Assembly (NCBI GenBank): GCA_951406725.2
Contig: OX597815.1
Coordinates: 6,572,001-6,636,000 of the forward strand
Length of the DNA stretch: 64,000 bases
Origin: Octopus vulgaris
Lineage: Eukaryota
Direction of reading: 5' to 3'
In this document: positions 41,567 through 54,709 of the stretch, piece after piece
Layout: every line of letters starts with the position of its first letter
Position numbering within the stretch: position 1 is the stretch's first letter
Notes under the pieces: model-generated
The model's input: only the letters and a program-made list of their open reading frames with translations
Databases searched by the model: none
Told to the model about the DNA's origin: nothing
Position numbers and translations under genes: made by a program

Positions 41567-42190
41567 TCAATCCAAAAGGTAATCACCCTTGTTATTGATC
41601 ACCTTTTGCCATCTTTCAGGTAAAGTTTTGAATCCTTTTATCCAGAAATCACGTGGCTTTGAATCAGTAAAGTCGTTAAGGAACGATTTCACATCTTCTT
41701 CGTTTTCAAACTCTGTAACGCCAATCGCACATTGCAAGGTAGAGAATAAGTGGTAGTCAGAAGGGGCAAGATCAGGAGAATACGGTGGGTGCACCATAAT
41801 TTCCCAGTCCGCCTCCTTCAGCTTCTCTGACGTCTTCTTTGCACGATGTGCTGGCATGTTGTCTTGGTGGTAAATTATCTTCTTCAAATTTGAGCGGTTT
41901 TTCTGGCCAGCGCAATCTTTAGACGGTCAATTTGTTCACAGTAGATAAAACAGTGGTATTATGTGGGAGAAGGTCCAAAATGATCACACCATGGCAATCC
42001 CACCATGGCAATCCCACCAAACTGAGATCATAACCTTCTTTTGCACAAGCGGTCCTTTTGGTAAAGGTTTTGGTTGTTGACCTTTGCTACACCAGGATCG
42101 TCTGCACCTCACATTGGAGTACAATACCCACTTTTCATCCATAGAAATTACTGACTCCAACCAATCGAATCTTCGGCTTTGATAACAGAT
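41567..42190 (-). mobile_element. Mariner transposase catalytic-domain pseudogene
   Basis: MDEKWVLY, KKVMISVWWD, HQDNMPAH and HPPYSPDLAPSDYHLF motifs, frameshifted. Confidence 0.92.
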
Positions 42191-42288
42191 GTACATTTAC
42201 TTGACCAGGGCTGACCTGGGGCTAAACAACCACATTTTTAATGCTAAGAAAGTATTTGTCGCTTAAAAAATCCATTTTTCAATTTCAG

Positions 42289-42435
42289 GAACAGAAAGAG
42301 AAAAGATTAAAGAAGACCTATGGCAATATCCCACTGCAAGAAGTTGTCATTTATAAAGTGATGCCGACTTTAGGTTTGGCCATTGAAGGTGGCATCAATT
42401 CCAGTCAGATGTTTCCTCGGGTCTTTGCAATCCAG
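42289..42435 (+). CDS. Coding exon 2: N-half of a PDZ domain resembling whirlin/PDZD7 PDZ3 (EQKEKRLKKTYG...KVMPTLGLAIEGGINSSQMFPRVFAIQ)
   Basis: Acceptor tttttcaatttcag, donor CAG|gtaaga, 147 nt, phase 0-0. TLGLAIEGG matches the whirlin PDZ3 carboxylate-binding loop (TLGIAIEGG, recalled). Confidence 0.9.
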
Positions 42436-43190
42436 GTAAGACATTCTCTACTGTAACTATTTGTTTAATCCAAGTTGAATTTAACTTTGACTCAGTCTTG
42501 ATTCCAAAGAAAATGGTAATGGTGCCAACATCAGTGGAAGCAATAATATACCAAACAGAAGGCGGCAGACTGGCAGGAATGTTAGCACACTGAGTGAAAT
42601 GCTTAGTGGTATTCCGTCTGTCTTTACGTTCTGAGTTCAAATTCTGCCAAAGTTGACTTTGCCTTTCATCCTTCCGGGGTCGATAAATTAAGTAAAATAA
42701 CTTAGTTATCATTAAGGTAGTGTTAGGAACATAAATTGTGACTAAGGTTTGGAGGAAGATTTTAATTCAAAACTTTTGAAAAACAAGACATTTGTATTAC
42801 AGAGCCAGAGGTGGTTTCAGCCGGATTGGTAATGAAAGGGTTAAGAATTGCTTCTCTATTATATATTTTAACCCTTTTGTTACTGTATTTATTTTGAGAT
42901 GCTCTGTGTTTCCTTCAATTAATTTTAAATATAACAAAGAATTTAGTAAAATAACATTCAGCTAGTGTTAGGAACATAAATTGTGACTAAGATTTGGTGG
43001 AAGATTTTAATTCAAAACTTATGAAAACAAGACATTTGTACTTCAGAGCCAGCTGGGTTGGTATCAAAAGGATTAAGAATCAATTTGTTCCTCGTATTTG
43101 AGATGATCTGACTTTGAAATTAATCTTTTTTTAGCCTCACTCATTTTATTTTTTATTTACTTTTTTTTTTTTTTTTGGTTTCTTTTGCAG

Positions 43191-43391
43191 CCAAATGGTT
43201 CCACATTTTACTCAAAGACTGACCTGAAGGTGGGCAACATACTGTTGGAAGTGAATGGCACCTGCCTGGTGGGACTTCAGCACAGTGAGGTGGCAGCAAA
43301 CATTGCCAACGCCTTTTTGGATGAAACTCAAGATTACCTGACATTCTTGGTTACTGAGGATGGATGGCAGCCAAAGACTAGCAGCCTTTGA
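43191..43391 (+). CDS. Terminal coding exon 3: C-half of the PDZ domain and C-terminus -KTSSL*
   Basis: Long poly-T tract and ttttgcag acceptor. LKVGNILLEVNG...H.EVA..IA.AF....DYLTFLVTE parallels whirlin LKVGHVILEVNG...DYIDFLVTE (recalled). TGA at 43389-91. Confidence 0.9.
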   Translation, partial: PNGSTFYSKTDLKVGNILLEVNGTCLVGLQHSEVAANIANAFLDETQDYLTFLVTEDGWQPKTSSL

Positions 43392-43619
43392 ATGGGTACA
43401 AAGAGGGTATGAATGAGGGAGGAAGAGGGGGAGGATGAGAGAGAGGGGGAGGATGCGAGCTGAGGAGGATTTTTTTTCTTTTACTTGTTGCAGTCATTTG
43501 ACTGTAGCCATTCTGGAGCACCACCTTTAGTTGAACAAACTGACCCCCAGGACTTACTCTTTGTAAGCCTAGTATTTATCGGTCTCTTTTGCCAAACTGC
43601 TAAGTTACAAAGACATAAA

Positions 43620-45297
43620 CACCTGCACAGGAGCCAAGTCCAGTGGCACTGGCAACGACCTCGCTCGAATGTTGTCTTTCACATGCCACCAGCACAAGTG
43701 CCAGAAAGGCGATGCTAGTAACGATCACGCTCGAATGGTGCTTTTTACATACATGGGAGCCAGTCAACAGCCCTGGCAACGATCACACTTGGATGGTGCT
43801 CTTAGTGCTCCACTAGCATGGATGCCAGTCATCAAATTTGATTTTGATTTCACTTGCCTCTGCAGGTCTTCACAAGCAGAGTTTAGTGTCCAATGAAGGA
43901 AAAGGTACGCATAGGTGGGCTGGTTACACCACTGGCATAGGCCATGAGGTTATGGTCTCACTTGGCTTGCTGGGTCTTCTCAAGCACAGCATATTTCCAA
44001 AGGTCTCGGTCACTAGTCATTGCCTCAGTGAGGCCTAATGTTCGAAGATCATGCTTCACCACTTCATCCCAGGTTTTCCTGGTTCTACCTCTTCAACAGA
44101 TTCCCTCAACCGCTAGGGTGTGGCACTTTTTCACACAGCTATCCTCATCCATTCTTGCCACATGACCATACCAGTGCAGTTGTCTCTCTTGCACACCACA
44201 ACTGATGCTTCTTAGGTCCAACTTTTCACTCAAAGTACTTACACTCTGTCAAGTATGCACACTGACATTACACATCCATCAGAGCATACTTGCTTCATTC
44301 CTTGCGAGTTTACGCATGTCCTCAGCAGTCACGGCCCATGTTTCACTGCCATGTAGCATGGCTGTTCATACACGTGTCATACAGTCTACCTTTTACTCTG
44401 AGCGAGAGGCCCTTTGTCACCAGCAGAGGTAAGAGCTCTCTGAACTTTGCCCAGGCTATTCTTATTCTAGCGGATACACTTTCAGTGCACCCTCCCCTGC
44501 TACTGTCTTAGTCACCTAGGTAATGGAAGTTGTCAACTACTTCTACTTTTTCTCCCTGGAATGTGGCGGAAGATGGTCTCTGCACATTTTCAATGTTTAT
44601 TGCTCCCGAGCATCTGCCACATACAAAAGCTATCTTCCCAATTAGCCTTCGTTTGATATTATTGCATCTCTTATGTGTCCATAACTTATACTGGGTACAT
44701 CTTATAGAGTTTCTACCTACGCGCTTTCTACAGATGTAGGACCATCTACCTGAAGAGATTTGTGGATTGTCTGCCTTCCTACTTTGGTTTTAGCTAGGTT
44801 GACTCTAAGGCCCTTCAATTCTAACCCTTGTTTCCACACTTCAAATTTCTCCTCTAGTTCTGATAGTGACTCAGCAATTAGAGCAAGGTCGTCAGCATAG
44901 AGGAGCTCCCAGGGGCATCCTGTCTTGAATTCCTCTGTTATTGCCTGGAGGACTATGATAAATAGGAGGGGGCTGAGGACCGAACCTTGGTGGACCCCTA
45001 CTTCTACCCGGAATTCTTCACTGTACTCATTGCCAACCCTCACCTTACTGACAGCGTCCCTGTATATGGCTTGCACAGCTCTCACTAACCATTCATCTGT
45101 CCCTAGTTTCCTCATCGACCACCAGATAAGGGATCGGGGGACCCTGTCAAAGGCTTTCTCCATGTTAACGAAAGCCAAGTACAGGGGCTTATCTTTGACT
45201 AGGTATTTCTCCTGCAGCTGTCTTACCAGAAATATAGCATCAGTGGTGCTTTTCCCTGGCACGAACCCAAACTGCATTTCATCTAAACTGACTCTCT
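43620..45297 (-). mobile_element. RTE-clade LINE, 5'-truncated, RT domain plus family C-type 3' end
   Basis: QFGFVPGKSTTDAIF, AFVNMEKAFDRVPR, GVHQGSVLSPLLF, LLYADDLAL (ORF 44717-45379). Confidence 0.92.
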
Positions 45298-46273
45298 CTG
45301 GGTTGGACAATTTGATCAGAGCTGGCAAGCCAAAGAGCTGCATCAGCATCATCATCATCATCATCATCATCATGAACATAACGCACAGCTTTGAATGTGC
45401 TTCCTTTCATGATCCAATGAAATCAAACAACACCATTTTTTATTGCTTTGGGGAACCAGAACAAAACATCTACCAAAACAAAACATACACTATCAAAACA
45501 CTACAAAATTTGGGGGATTATTCTGCCCTGACCCCGACTTCATCGTTAATTATGTAATTCTGTTGAAGACTAAGAGGTCATTCTAGTAGTTTTATTGGTT
45601 AACTTGTCTCTAGCAGACTCTGGCCGAGAAAACAGGTCTGAACAAAAGTTTGGCAGCAGGCAAGTTTATTTACTCATTGATAAAATGAAATACTAAGGTA
45701 TACTCATCCCTTTTTCGCTTCAATATGGTTTGTAGCCATTGTTACTGTGAGGTTGTTCATTAAGCTTTTTTGGTTCCAATATGCATGAGACGAGCCATGA
45801 TTCTATCAAACAAATTCCTTATTTTAAACTGATCTAAATTAAACCTTCCATCAAGATTCTGTCCCAAATTTCTGTCCCAAAGAACCAGCTTAAGAATGAC
45901 AAAGTATTTTACAAAATTCTTCATTATTTTTTCAAACTTAACTGGAACAAATGCAGCATATTTCAACAGAAATATGGTAAAAAAAAAAAAAAGAAATTTG
46001 AATAAAAACAATGAAAACATAAGAATCTGTGTTGATAAATTCTTTAATCTGCTGTGCTTCTGTGAACTCACAGAAGCAGAAGACACATTTGTACATCGGT
46101 CGGATAAATTATGAGTTTGGAGGAGGAATGGAACACTTTGTTCTTCTCCTTGCAAAGATTTGAAGTTGTCATGCTTGGAACTGCGTAGTTAGTCTGACAC
46201 TGCCAACTCCAGCTTCTTTTCAGCATCCAAGGAAATGTGTTGGTAAATTTAAATGCAAGCATCATGTCCTCAC

Positions 46274-46327
46274 TTGGAATTTACCAGCTTTCGTTACGTA
46301 CTTGACCCCTTTAAATGGTTTGTATTT
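46274..46327 (-). CDS. Candidate exon (KYKPFKGVKYVTKAG...) of an unidentified minus-strand gene
   Basis: Strong acceptor ttttcattttctttttatttccag. Alternative donors gtaaat (exon end 46285) and gtgagg (exon end 46274). Read-through stop at 46262-64. Confidence 0.5.
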
Positions 46328-47789
46328 CTGGAAATAAAAAGAAAATGAAAATAAATAATACAACACACTAGAACGGCCTGCTAATAACAGCACGTTTCTC
46401 TGAACACTTTGATTATTTTCTTTCTTCTATTTGAAAAGGGGAATCTTTTCCAAAATATTGTAGGATCATTAAACAACTATTGTAAGGTGCTACAATATCT
46501 TTTCTCTTTGTTTTCATTTATTGATATTACCTTACATATTTTGTCACAACTCCTCACCTGCAATGCTCAGAATTTCCAAATATTTATCACATTAACACAT
46601 ATTACAATGTTTCACCGAAATTACAAATATTCTTTAATATAATATAAATATATATTATCAGGAAGCTCTAGACTTGTAGATGAGGGTCTCGCTCTGTCCT
46701 CAATAAGAACCCGTCTTTACTGTTACCATATTAAAATGCAGATCTTGTTGATTGTGTCTCATAATTATAGAAATATTTATGTTGACAAAACCATGGAGCT
46801 ATCTGTGTGAAATATACTTACTCATATATTTTCTGTAATAAATCTCAGATAATAAATTAATAACAATCAATAATATTAAATAATCAACAAAATAGATTTC
46901 AAACATAAATTTTATCTCCATCAAATGAAAAAGAACCCCAAATGAAATTTGTATTTTCACAGAATAAAAATAGCAGCATTAGGAAGGGCATCCAGATCAG
47001 ATTGGAACCCGGTGCAGCCTCATGGCTCTCCAGACCTCAGTGAAACTGTCCAACCCATGCCAGCATGGAAAACGGATATTAAATGATGATGATGGTTGTG
47101 CATCATTGGCTCATTAGGGATTAAATGAAATTCAATTAATATTTCCAAATGTTTCGTGATTAAACTGATGAAGAAAAAAAAAACAAAGATTTCATGAATT
47201 GGTTAAATGTCGTTCAAAATACCCCCAGAAAACAAAAAGAATGCTTTCGATGGCTCGTGTGTCTTAGTTTACAAACTAGAAATGTAAAAATGAAGGGATC
47301 CTCCTCCTCATCATCATCATCATCATTTAATGATCACTTTTACATGCTTCTCATGGCTGGGATAGAATTTGATGTGGCAGATTTTCTACAGCTAGCTGGT
47401 CATCCTGTCACCAACGCCTCACCTGCTTCTAGGAAAGGTAATGTTTCCTTGTGGTTAAACAGAAGATTAGAAATGAAGGACACCACATGTATGACAATGA
47501 CACTCGTTTACAACTATCACATGATGTCCAGGCAAGGAGACAGCAACACACACACACACACACACACATTTTGCATCCTATCAGACTCTTAGCGCCAACC
47601 GTTTCCAAATTTCTGAACAATCATTAAACTCTTAGAGTGACAACCCTTCTATACCTTCACTGAATATAGTAACAAAGGAACACCTATGTGGTTACTCAAA
47701 TTACTAAAAATAACAGCCAGATCTCCCTCAACACATACTGTTTTCAAATAGGAAGGACATATTGGATAATGTGGTGCTAGATAATCCAT

Positions 47790-48150
47790 TTATCTTTTAC
47801 TTGTTTCAGTTATTAGACTGCGACCATGCTGGGGCACCACCTTGAAGGGTTTAGACAAACAAATCAACCCCAGGACTTTTTTTCATGTCTGATGCTTAGT
47901 CTGTCAGTTTCCTCTGCCAAACCACTAAGTCACAAGGATACAAACAAACCAGTTGTTGAGCAGTGGTATGGGACAAACACACACACACACATGCATATAT
48001 GATGGGCTTCAACATAGTCTCTGTCTAATGAATTCACTCACAAGGCATTGGTCAGCCCAGGGTTATAGCAGAAGACAAGGGGCTTCACAGTGGGACTGAA
48101 CCTGAGACCATGTAGTCGCAAAATAGGCTGCTTAACCACACAGCCATGCT
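47790..48150 (-). mobile_element. SINE family A, old and CpG-decayed
   Basis: Diverged consensus match. Confidence 0.75.
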
Positions 48151-48223
48151 TGCTAAGATGAATATTTGATCAACAAAAATAAAAAGAACAGATCATATAC
48201 AGGTGTATATTAGTAAATATCAA

Positions 48224-49130
48224 TGAGTGGCTGTGTGGTAAAAAGCTTGCTTACCAACCACATGGTTCTGGGTTCAGTCCCACTGTGTGGCACCTTGGGC
48301 AAGTGTCTTCTACTATAGCCTCGGGCCAACCAAAGCCTTCCAAGTGGATTTGGTAGACGGAAACTGAAAGAAGCTCATTGTGTGTGTGTATGTATATATA
48401 TATATATATATATATCATCATCATTATCATTGTTTAACATCCGCTTTCCATGCTAGCATGGGTTGGACGATTTGACTGAGGTCTGGTGAACCAGATGGTT
48501 GCACCAGACTCCAACCTGATCTGGCAGAGTTTCTACAGCTGGATGCTTTTAGTGGGTGCTTTTAGGTGCCACCGGCATGAGAGCTAATCAGGCGGTACTG
48601 GCAACGGCCGTGCTCAAATGTTGCTTTTTATGTGCCACCTGCACAGGAGCCAGTCCAGCGGCACTGGCAATGACCTCGCTCGAATATATATATATATATA
48701 TATACAGTAGTACCTCCATTTTTGAACAACTCTGATCATGAATAAATCATGATTTATATATATATGTATATATATATAGCACAATTTATTCGTGATCAAA
48801 GGTGTTCATAAACCAAGGTACTACTGTATTAAATATGAGAAAAACAGGAGATAAATTATGATTTATCCGTGATCGGAGTTGTTCAAAAACCAAGGTTCTA
48901 CAGTATATATGTATGTATTTGTGCATCTATGTTTATCTCTCCACCATTGCTTGCCAACTGGTGTGGGTGTGTTTACATCCCCATGACTTAGCAGTTCAGC
49001 AACAGAGACCGATGGAATAAGCACTAGGCTTACAAAGAATAAATCTGAGGGTTGATTTGTTCAACTAAAGGTGGTGCTCCAGCATGGCCACAGTCAAATG
49101 ACTGAAACCAGTAAAAGAATAAAAGAAGAA
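48224..49130 (+). mobile_element. SINE family A split by a nested family C fragment (48415-48685, -) and a TA-flanked MITE (about 48703-48905)
   Basis: Head at 48224-48390, tail at 48910-49130. MITE arms tttttgaacaactctgatcatgaataaatcat and atgatttatccgtgatcggagttgttcaaaaa. Confidence 0.75.
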
Positions 49131-49509
49131 CCGTAATTATCTTACCTTAAAATTAATTATCTTACCTTAAAACGATTTAATGTAACGGATGTTTTGAAAT
49201 TAATACACCCAGTGTGAAATTAATTGCCACCAACACCAAACATGCAAATTGAAAAAGATTTCAACCGATTGTTAAGTTCCCTAAAACAATGTTTCTAGTG
49301 GTGGGTGGGCCTGTGAGAATTGAAAAGAGGCGGGGGTGGGGAGGCAAATTACCATATTTGATAAAATAAAATGAAATATAATAAAATAAAATAATTTTAA
49401 ATTCCTCCAACACCATGGAGGGAGAAAGAAAAACCACACAAACACAAATTCTGTTTTAGTTTCACTTTAAAAAAGTAAGGAAGAAGTAAGAAGGAAAATT
49501 ATCCCTAAT

Positions 49510-49905
49510 AGGAGCAGGAGCAGCTGTGTGGTAAGAAGCTTGCTTCCCAACCACGTGGTTCTGGGTTCAGTCCCACAGCGTGGCACCTTGGGCAAGTGTC
49601 TTCTACTATAGCCTCCGGCCGACCAAAGCCTCGTGAGTGGATTTGGTAGACAGAAACTGAAAGAAGCCCTCCTATGTATGTGTGTGTGTGTGTGTGTTTA
49701 TGTTTGTCCACCCCCCCCCGCCCGCCAACATCGCTTGACAACTGATGCTGGTGTGTTTACGTCCCCATAACTTAGCGGGTCAGCGAAAGTGACCAATAGA
49801 ATAAGTACTAGGCTTACAAAGAATAAGTCCTGGGGGTCGATTTGTTCGACTAAAGGCGGTGCTCCAGCATGGCCACAGTCAAATGACCAAAACAACTAAA
49901 AGAAT
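49510..49905 (+). mobile_element. SINE family A
   Basis: Consensus match. Confidence 0.9.
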
Positions 49906-50276
49906 GTTTGTAGAGGTGCAGTTACTCTCTTATCTGAAAACCACAGCAACAAAGAGATTCCCAAAAAGAATATAAGGGGAGCTAACTCTATTCCCCCCTA
50001 GTCTCCTTGAAATTATATTAATTGGTCGATAATTCTACATCATCATCATCAACAACATCTAATGTCCACTTCTCCATTCTTGCATGGGTCAGATGCAATT
50101 TGCCGAGACAGTGAGATAAATTTTTTTCTACGGTGGGATGCCTTTCCTGTTGCCAAGCCTCACCCATCTCCAAATAAGGAAATATTTCTCATTGACTGGA
50201 CATGTTTTTTCACAGAAGAATGAAGATGATGGTCATTACAATGATGATGATGTGACGGTAGCAGTAATGATGATGG

Positions 50277-50308
<32 letters not shown>

Positions 50309-51804
50309 GTAGTGGTGGTGGTGGTGGTGGTGGTGGTGGTGTATATATGTGTGCACACATTTAAGAGTGTGTTTTGTGTGTAACCCACTGCACCATCCCA
50401 AGTGTGTTAGCATATTTTTGTTGTTTAACCCCAGGTCAGCGCTGATAAAGCAGACCTATGATCAAAGAGGTTCTAACCATGACTATCCTGCCTTTCCCTC
50501 AAACGTTGTGTATCTTGGACAACGTATCCTTTCCAAAGATGGTAATAAAATATTAGCTAAGGAAGGATTGGCTGTTATTTCTAACAGCTCAAATGACCAG
50601 GTAGAGGCTCCATTAGTTGTTCAAATTGTTACGCTGCTGTTAGTTCAGGAAGCAATTAGCAGTCAAACCTGTGATCAAGGGCATTCCAGCCATGACCATC
50701 CCATCTATCATTTAAACAGTAGAAACTACATCATTCAATGTTTCATACAGTAGAGCGTTATTTGAGGGAGATTTGCCTGCTATTTCCAGCTGGTTCAGTG
50801 ACCACATAAAGGCTAGCTCATTGGCTTAGGCACCCTAATGTTGGTCCACCAGGTGACTCCAGGAAGATCACCAACTGTTCTGAGCTGAAACAGCATGCAA
50901 GAGAATAATATTTAACTATACACCAGGTATTGAGTTCTTTCTTCAGTTAATATTTGCTGCTTTAAAAAATTTTAAAACACTATATCACCTGTCAAAGGTC
51001 AGTGACAGGTGACCAAGACCTTTGGGGATATACTGTGCTTGTGTGTCAGTGGAACGTAAAAAGCACCATTTGAGCATGGCCAATGCCAGTGCCACCTGAC
51101 TGGCCCCCGTGCCGGTGGCATGTAAAAGCACCCACTACACTCTCGGAGTGGTTGGCGTTAGGAAGGGCCAAATCAGATCAGAACCTGGTGCAGCCCCTTG
51201 GTTTACCAATTTTCAGTCAAACTGTCCAACCCATGCCAGCATGGAAAAGCGGATGTTAAACGATGATGATAACATTATGATTATCATTATTTGTAGTATT
51301 TACACACACAAACACACACAATCAGCAATTTCAAATCACAACGCCAGGACTATGGAGGCATGAAACTACATCTCCAAAGAGCATTGCAATACCAACTAAA
51401 AGATTCTCTACAGCAGACAAACAAGCCAAGAAACTGAACATATTTTAAGAAGCTGAGAATTGGGAGGTGTCCTTCTTTGACAAAAGTCCATGCCATTTGC
51501 TTCGGTTTTAGTTTTAAGTCAAGCAAACATTCCCCAAAAGATTAAGATTCGAAGAGGATTTAACTTAAGCTTGTAAAAAATGTAGTAATCTATAATAATA
51601 GATTCCAGAGCACGCTGGCATAATTCTTGCATGTCTTCTAAAACTCTTCTGTGTTCATAAAAGCAAACAAATCTAAGCAAAGAAAACTATGAGACCAACA
51701 GACATGTCTGTAGTAAATTGCTATCAGACGTCGAAGACCTGTGGAAAAAAACCTAGCTCTAGAATGAATAACAATCTCGATGGTATCAAGGCAAAACACA
51801 GAGA

Positions 51805-53290
51805 TCATCATCATCATCATCATCATCATCATCGTTTAACATCCGCTTTCCATGCTAGCATGGGTTGGATAATTTGACTGATGTCTGGCGAACCAGATGG
51901 CTGCACCAGTCTCCAGTCTTGATCTGGCAGAGTTTCTACAGCTGGATGCCCTTCCTAACGCCAACCACTCCGAGAGTGTAGAGGGTGCTTTTTACGTGCA
52001 ACTGGCATGAGGGGCAGTCAGGCGGTACTGGCAACGACCTCGCTCAAATTTTTTTTGTTTTTACACATGCCAACGGCACAGGTGCCAGTAAGGCGATGCT
52101 GGTAACGATCACGCTTGAACAGTGCCTTTTATGTGCCACCGGCACGGAGGCCAGTTTGTTGGTCTGGCAACAATTATGCTCAGATGGTGCTCTTAGCACC
52201 CTACTAGCATGGGGCACAAGTGCCTGTAGGGCGACACTGGTAACAATCACTCGAATGGTACTTTTTATGTGCCACCGGCACATAGGCCAGATAGCCACTC
52301 TGGCAATGATCACACTCAGATGGTGCTCTTAGCGCCCTACTAGCACGGGGCACAAGTGCCAGAAAAGCCAGTTAGGCGCTCTGTCAACGATCACACTTGT
52401 ATGGTGCTCATGCCCATAACATCTAATTTAAACAACTGAAATATTCTGTACGTGAGAAGACCAGGCAGGACAAGTGAGCCCAGCCCACTTATGAATGCCT
52501 TTCCTCCCTTGGACGCAAAGACCGGTTGAGGCAAGCGAAGTCGATATAGAACCTCACCCGATGACAGACACCCATGCCAACCCCCCATGCTTGCGAAGAC
52601 ATGTTGGGGCAATCGAAATCGAAACCGAATTGAACCAGCCAGGATCCCTGGCCTGGTGGTACGTAAAAAGCACTATCCGACTCGTGGCCGTGGCACGTAA
52701 AATACTCCAATGCGACCGTACGACAGGCACCCATGCCAACCCCCTTTGCTTGTGAAGACATGTTGGGGCAAGCGAAATCGAAATCGAATTGAACCAGCCA
52801 GGATCCCTGGTCTGGTGGTACGTAAAAAGCACTATCCGACTCGCGGCCGTGGCACGTAAAATACTCCAATGCGACCGTACGACAGGCACCCATGCCAACC
52901 CCCTTTGCTTGTGAAGACATGTTGGGGAAATCGAAATCGAATTGAACCAGCCAGGATCCCTGGTCTGGTGGTACGTAAAAAGCACTATCCGACTCGTGGC
53001 TGATGCCAGCACCGCCTCGACTGGCTTCCGTGCCGGTGGCACATAAAATACACCAATCTGACCGTGGCCGTTGCCAGCCCCGCCTGGCACCTGTGCAGGT
53101 GGCACGTAAAAAGCACCCACTACACTCACGGAGTGGTTGGCGTTAGGAAGGGCATCCAGCTGTAGAAACATTGCCAGATTAGACTGGAGCCTGGTGCAGC
53201 CTTCTGGCTTCCCAGAACCCTGGTCGAACCGTCCAACCCATGCTAGCATGGAGAACGGACGTTAAACGATGATGATGATGATGATGATGA
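51805..53290. mobile_element. Divergently oriented pair of family C elements; the + copy contains a 159-bp tandem triplication
   Basis: (CAT)n tail at the left end and (GAT)n tail at the right end. cacccatgccaacccc at 52569, 52728 and 52887. Confidence 0.85.
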
Positions 53291-53673
53291 AGAGAATGTG
53301 TTAGTAGCTCAACTGTATAACAGATATGGCCATTAGCAAGCAGGCTTACACAGTCCAACATAGTAGAATACAACCCATAGAACTGAAAATATATTCTGTG
53401 GCAAACACTATAACATAATCTCAGAGCCCAAAGCTGATATAATAATGAATGCCAGAACATCACAGTTGCTTAACAACAATTGCTACTGAGAGATGAAAGA
53501 CAGCTTGTTTGAGGTTCCCATGAGTAGCTTTGATAGAACAAAGATCACTGATCCTGTGGATCTGTGTAGTCCAGGACGGTGCTTCTCAACCTTTTTGCTA
53601 TTTGGGTCAGATCCCAAACCTGGATTTTTTTATAGGGGGCCACACCAAAAAAAAAAAAAAAAGACAAGTAAAA

Positions 53674-54088
53674 CAGGAGTGGCCGTGTGGTAAGTAGCTT
53701 GTTTACCAACCACATGGTTCTGGGTTCAGTCCCACTGCGTGACACCTTGGGCAAGTGTCTTCTACTATAGCCTCGGGCTGACCAAAGCCTTGTGAGTGGA
53801 TTTGGTAGACGGAAACTCAAAGAAGCCCGCCGTATATATGTATATATATATGTATATATATATATGTGTGTGTGTATGTTTGTGTGTCTGTGTTTGTCCC
53901 ATCCAACATCGCTTGACAACCGATGCTGGTGTGTTTATGTCCCTGTCACTTAGCGGTTCGGCAAAAGAGACCGATAGAATAAGTACTAGGCTTACAAAAG
54001 AATAAGTCCCGGGGTCGAGTTGCTCGATTAAAAACGGTGCTCCAGCATGGCTGCAATCAAATGACGGAAACAAGTGAAAGAGAAAGAG
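53674..54088 (+). mobile_element. SINE family A, near-consensus copy
   Basis: Consensus match with most CpGs intact. Confidence 0.9.
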
Positions 54089-54441
54089 AAATCAATTGAA
54101 CAAAAATGTATGTGTATAGAGGGGAAAACCATCGAGAGCTGTTGGAAGGATGCTTGAGGGCCACATGAGGCCCTAGGAGCCATGGTTAGGAGCTGCTGGT
54201 CCAGGAGGTTATGCAGGGAGATAGTGGGTTCTCTTTAGTCTTGTGACATAAGGACACCTATCTGGTGCCAGTGACATGATGAAATGGATCTGGTCCACAC
54301 TGTAAGATAGACACAAAAACAAAGTTGGCTGGTTTTCTTTGTTGCTGAATGAGATGGGTAACACACACCATGACAGAAGACAGTGGGATTCATCTAACCC
54401 ATGCCAGCATGAAAAGATCGATGGATGATGATAACAATGTG

Positions 54442-54474
<33 letters not shown>

Positions 54475-54709
54475 TATGTATGAGTGTGTGTGCATGTGTG
54501 AGTATGTGTATACACACACATACACACACCCACACGAGCACACATTAGACTTCCACACAGTTTCCATCTACCAAATCCAATCTCAAGGTTTTGGTCAACC
54601 TGAAACTATAGTGGAAGTCACTTGCCCAAGGTGTCACGCAGTGGGACTGAACCTGAAACCACACAACTGCAAAGTAGACTTGTTAACTACCCAGCCAAGC
54701 CAGCACCAG

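Noticed and set aside
46262-46327. Naming the minus-strand gene from the KYKPFKGVKY peptide
   Set aside because: I could not reliably match it to a known family without a database search.
51638-51740. Minus-strand acceptor tttttttccacag followed by unique sequence
   Set aside because: It could be another alternative terminal exon, but the frame is indeterminate and nothing else supports it.
52554-53249. 231-aa ORF with 53-aa repeats
   Set aside because: Antisense translation of a 159-bp tandem repeat within a retroelement tail.
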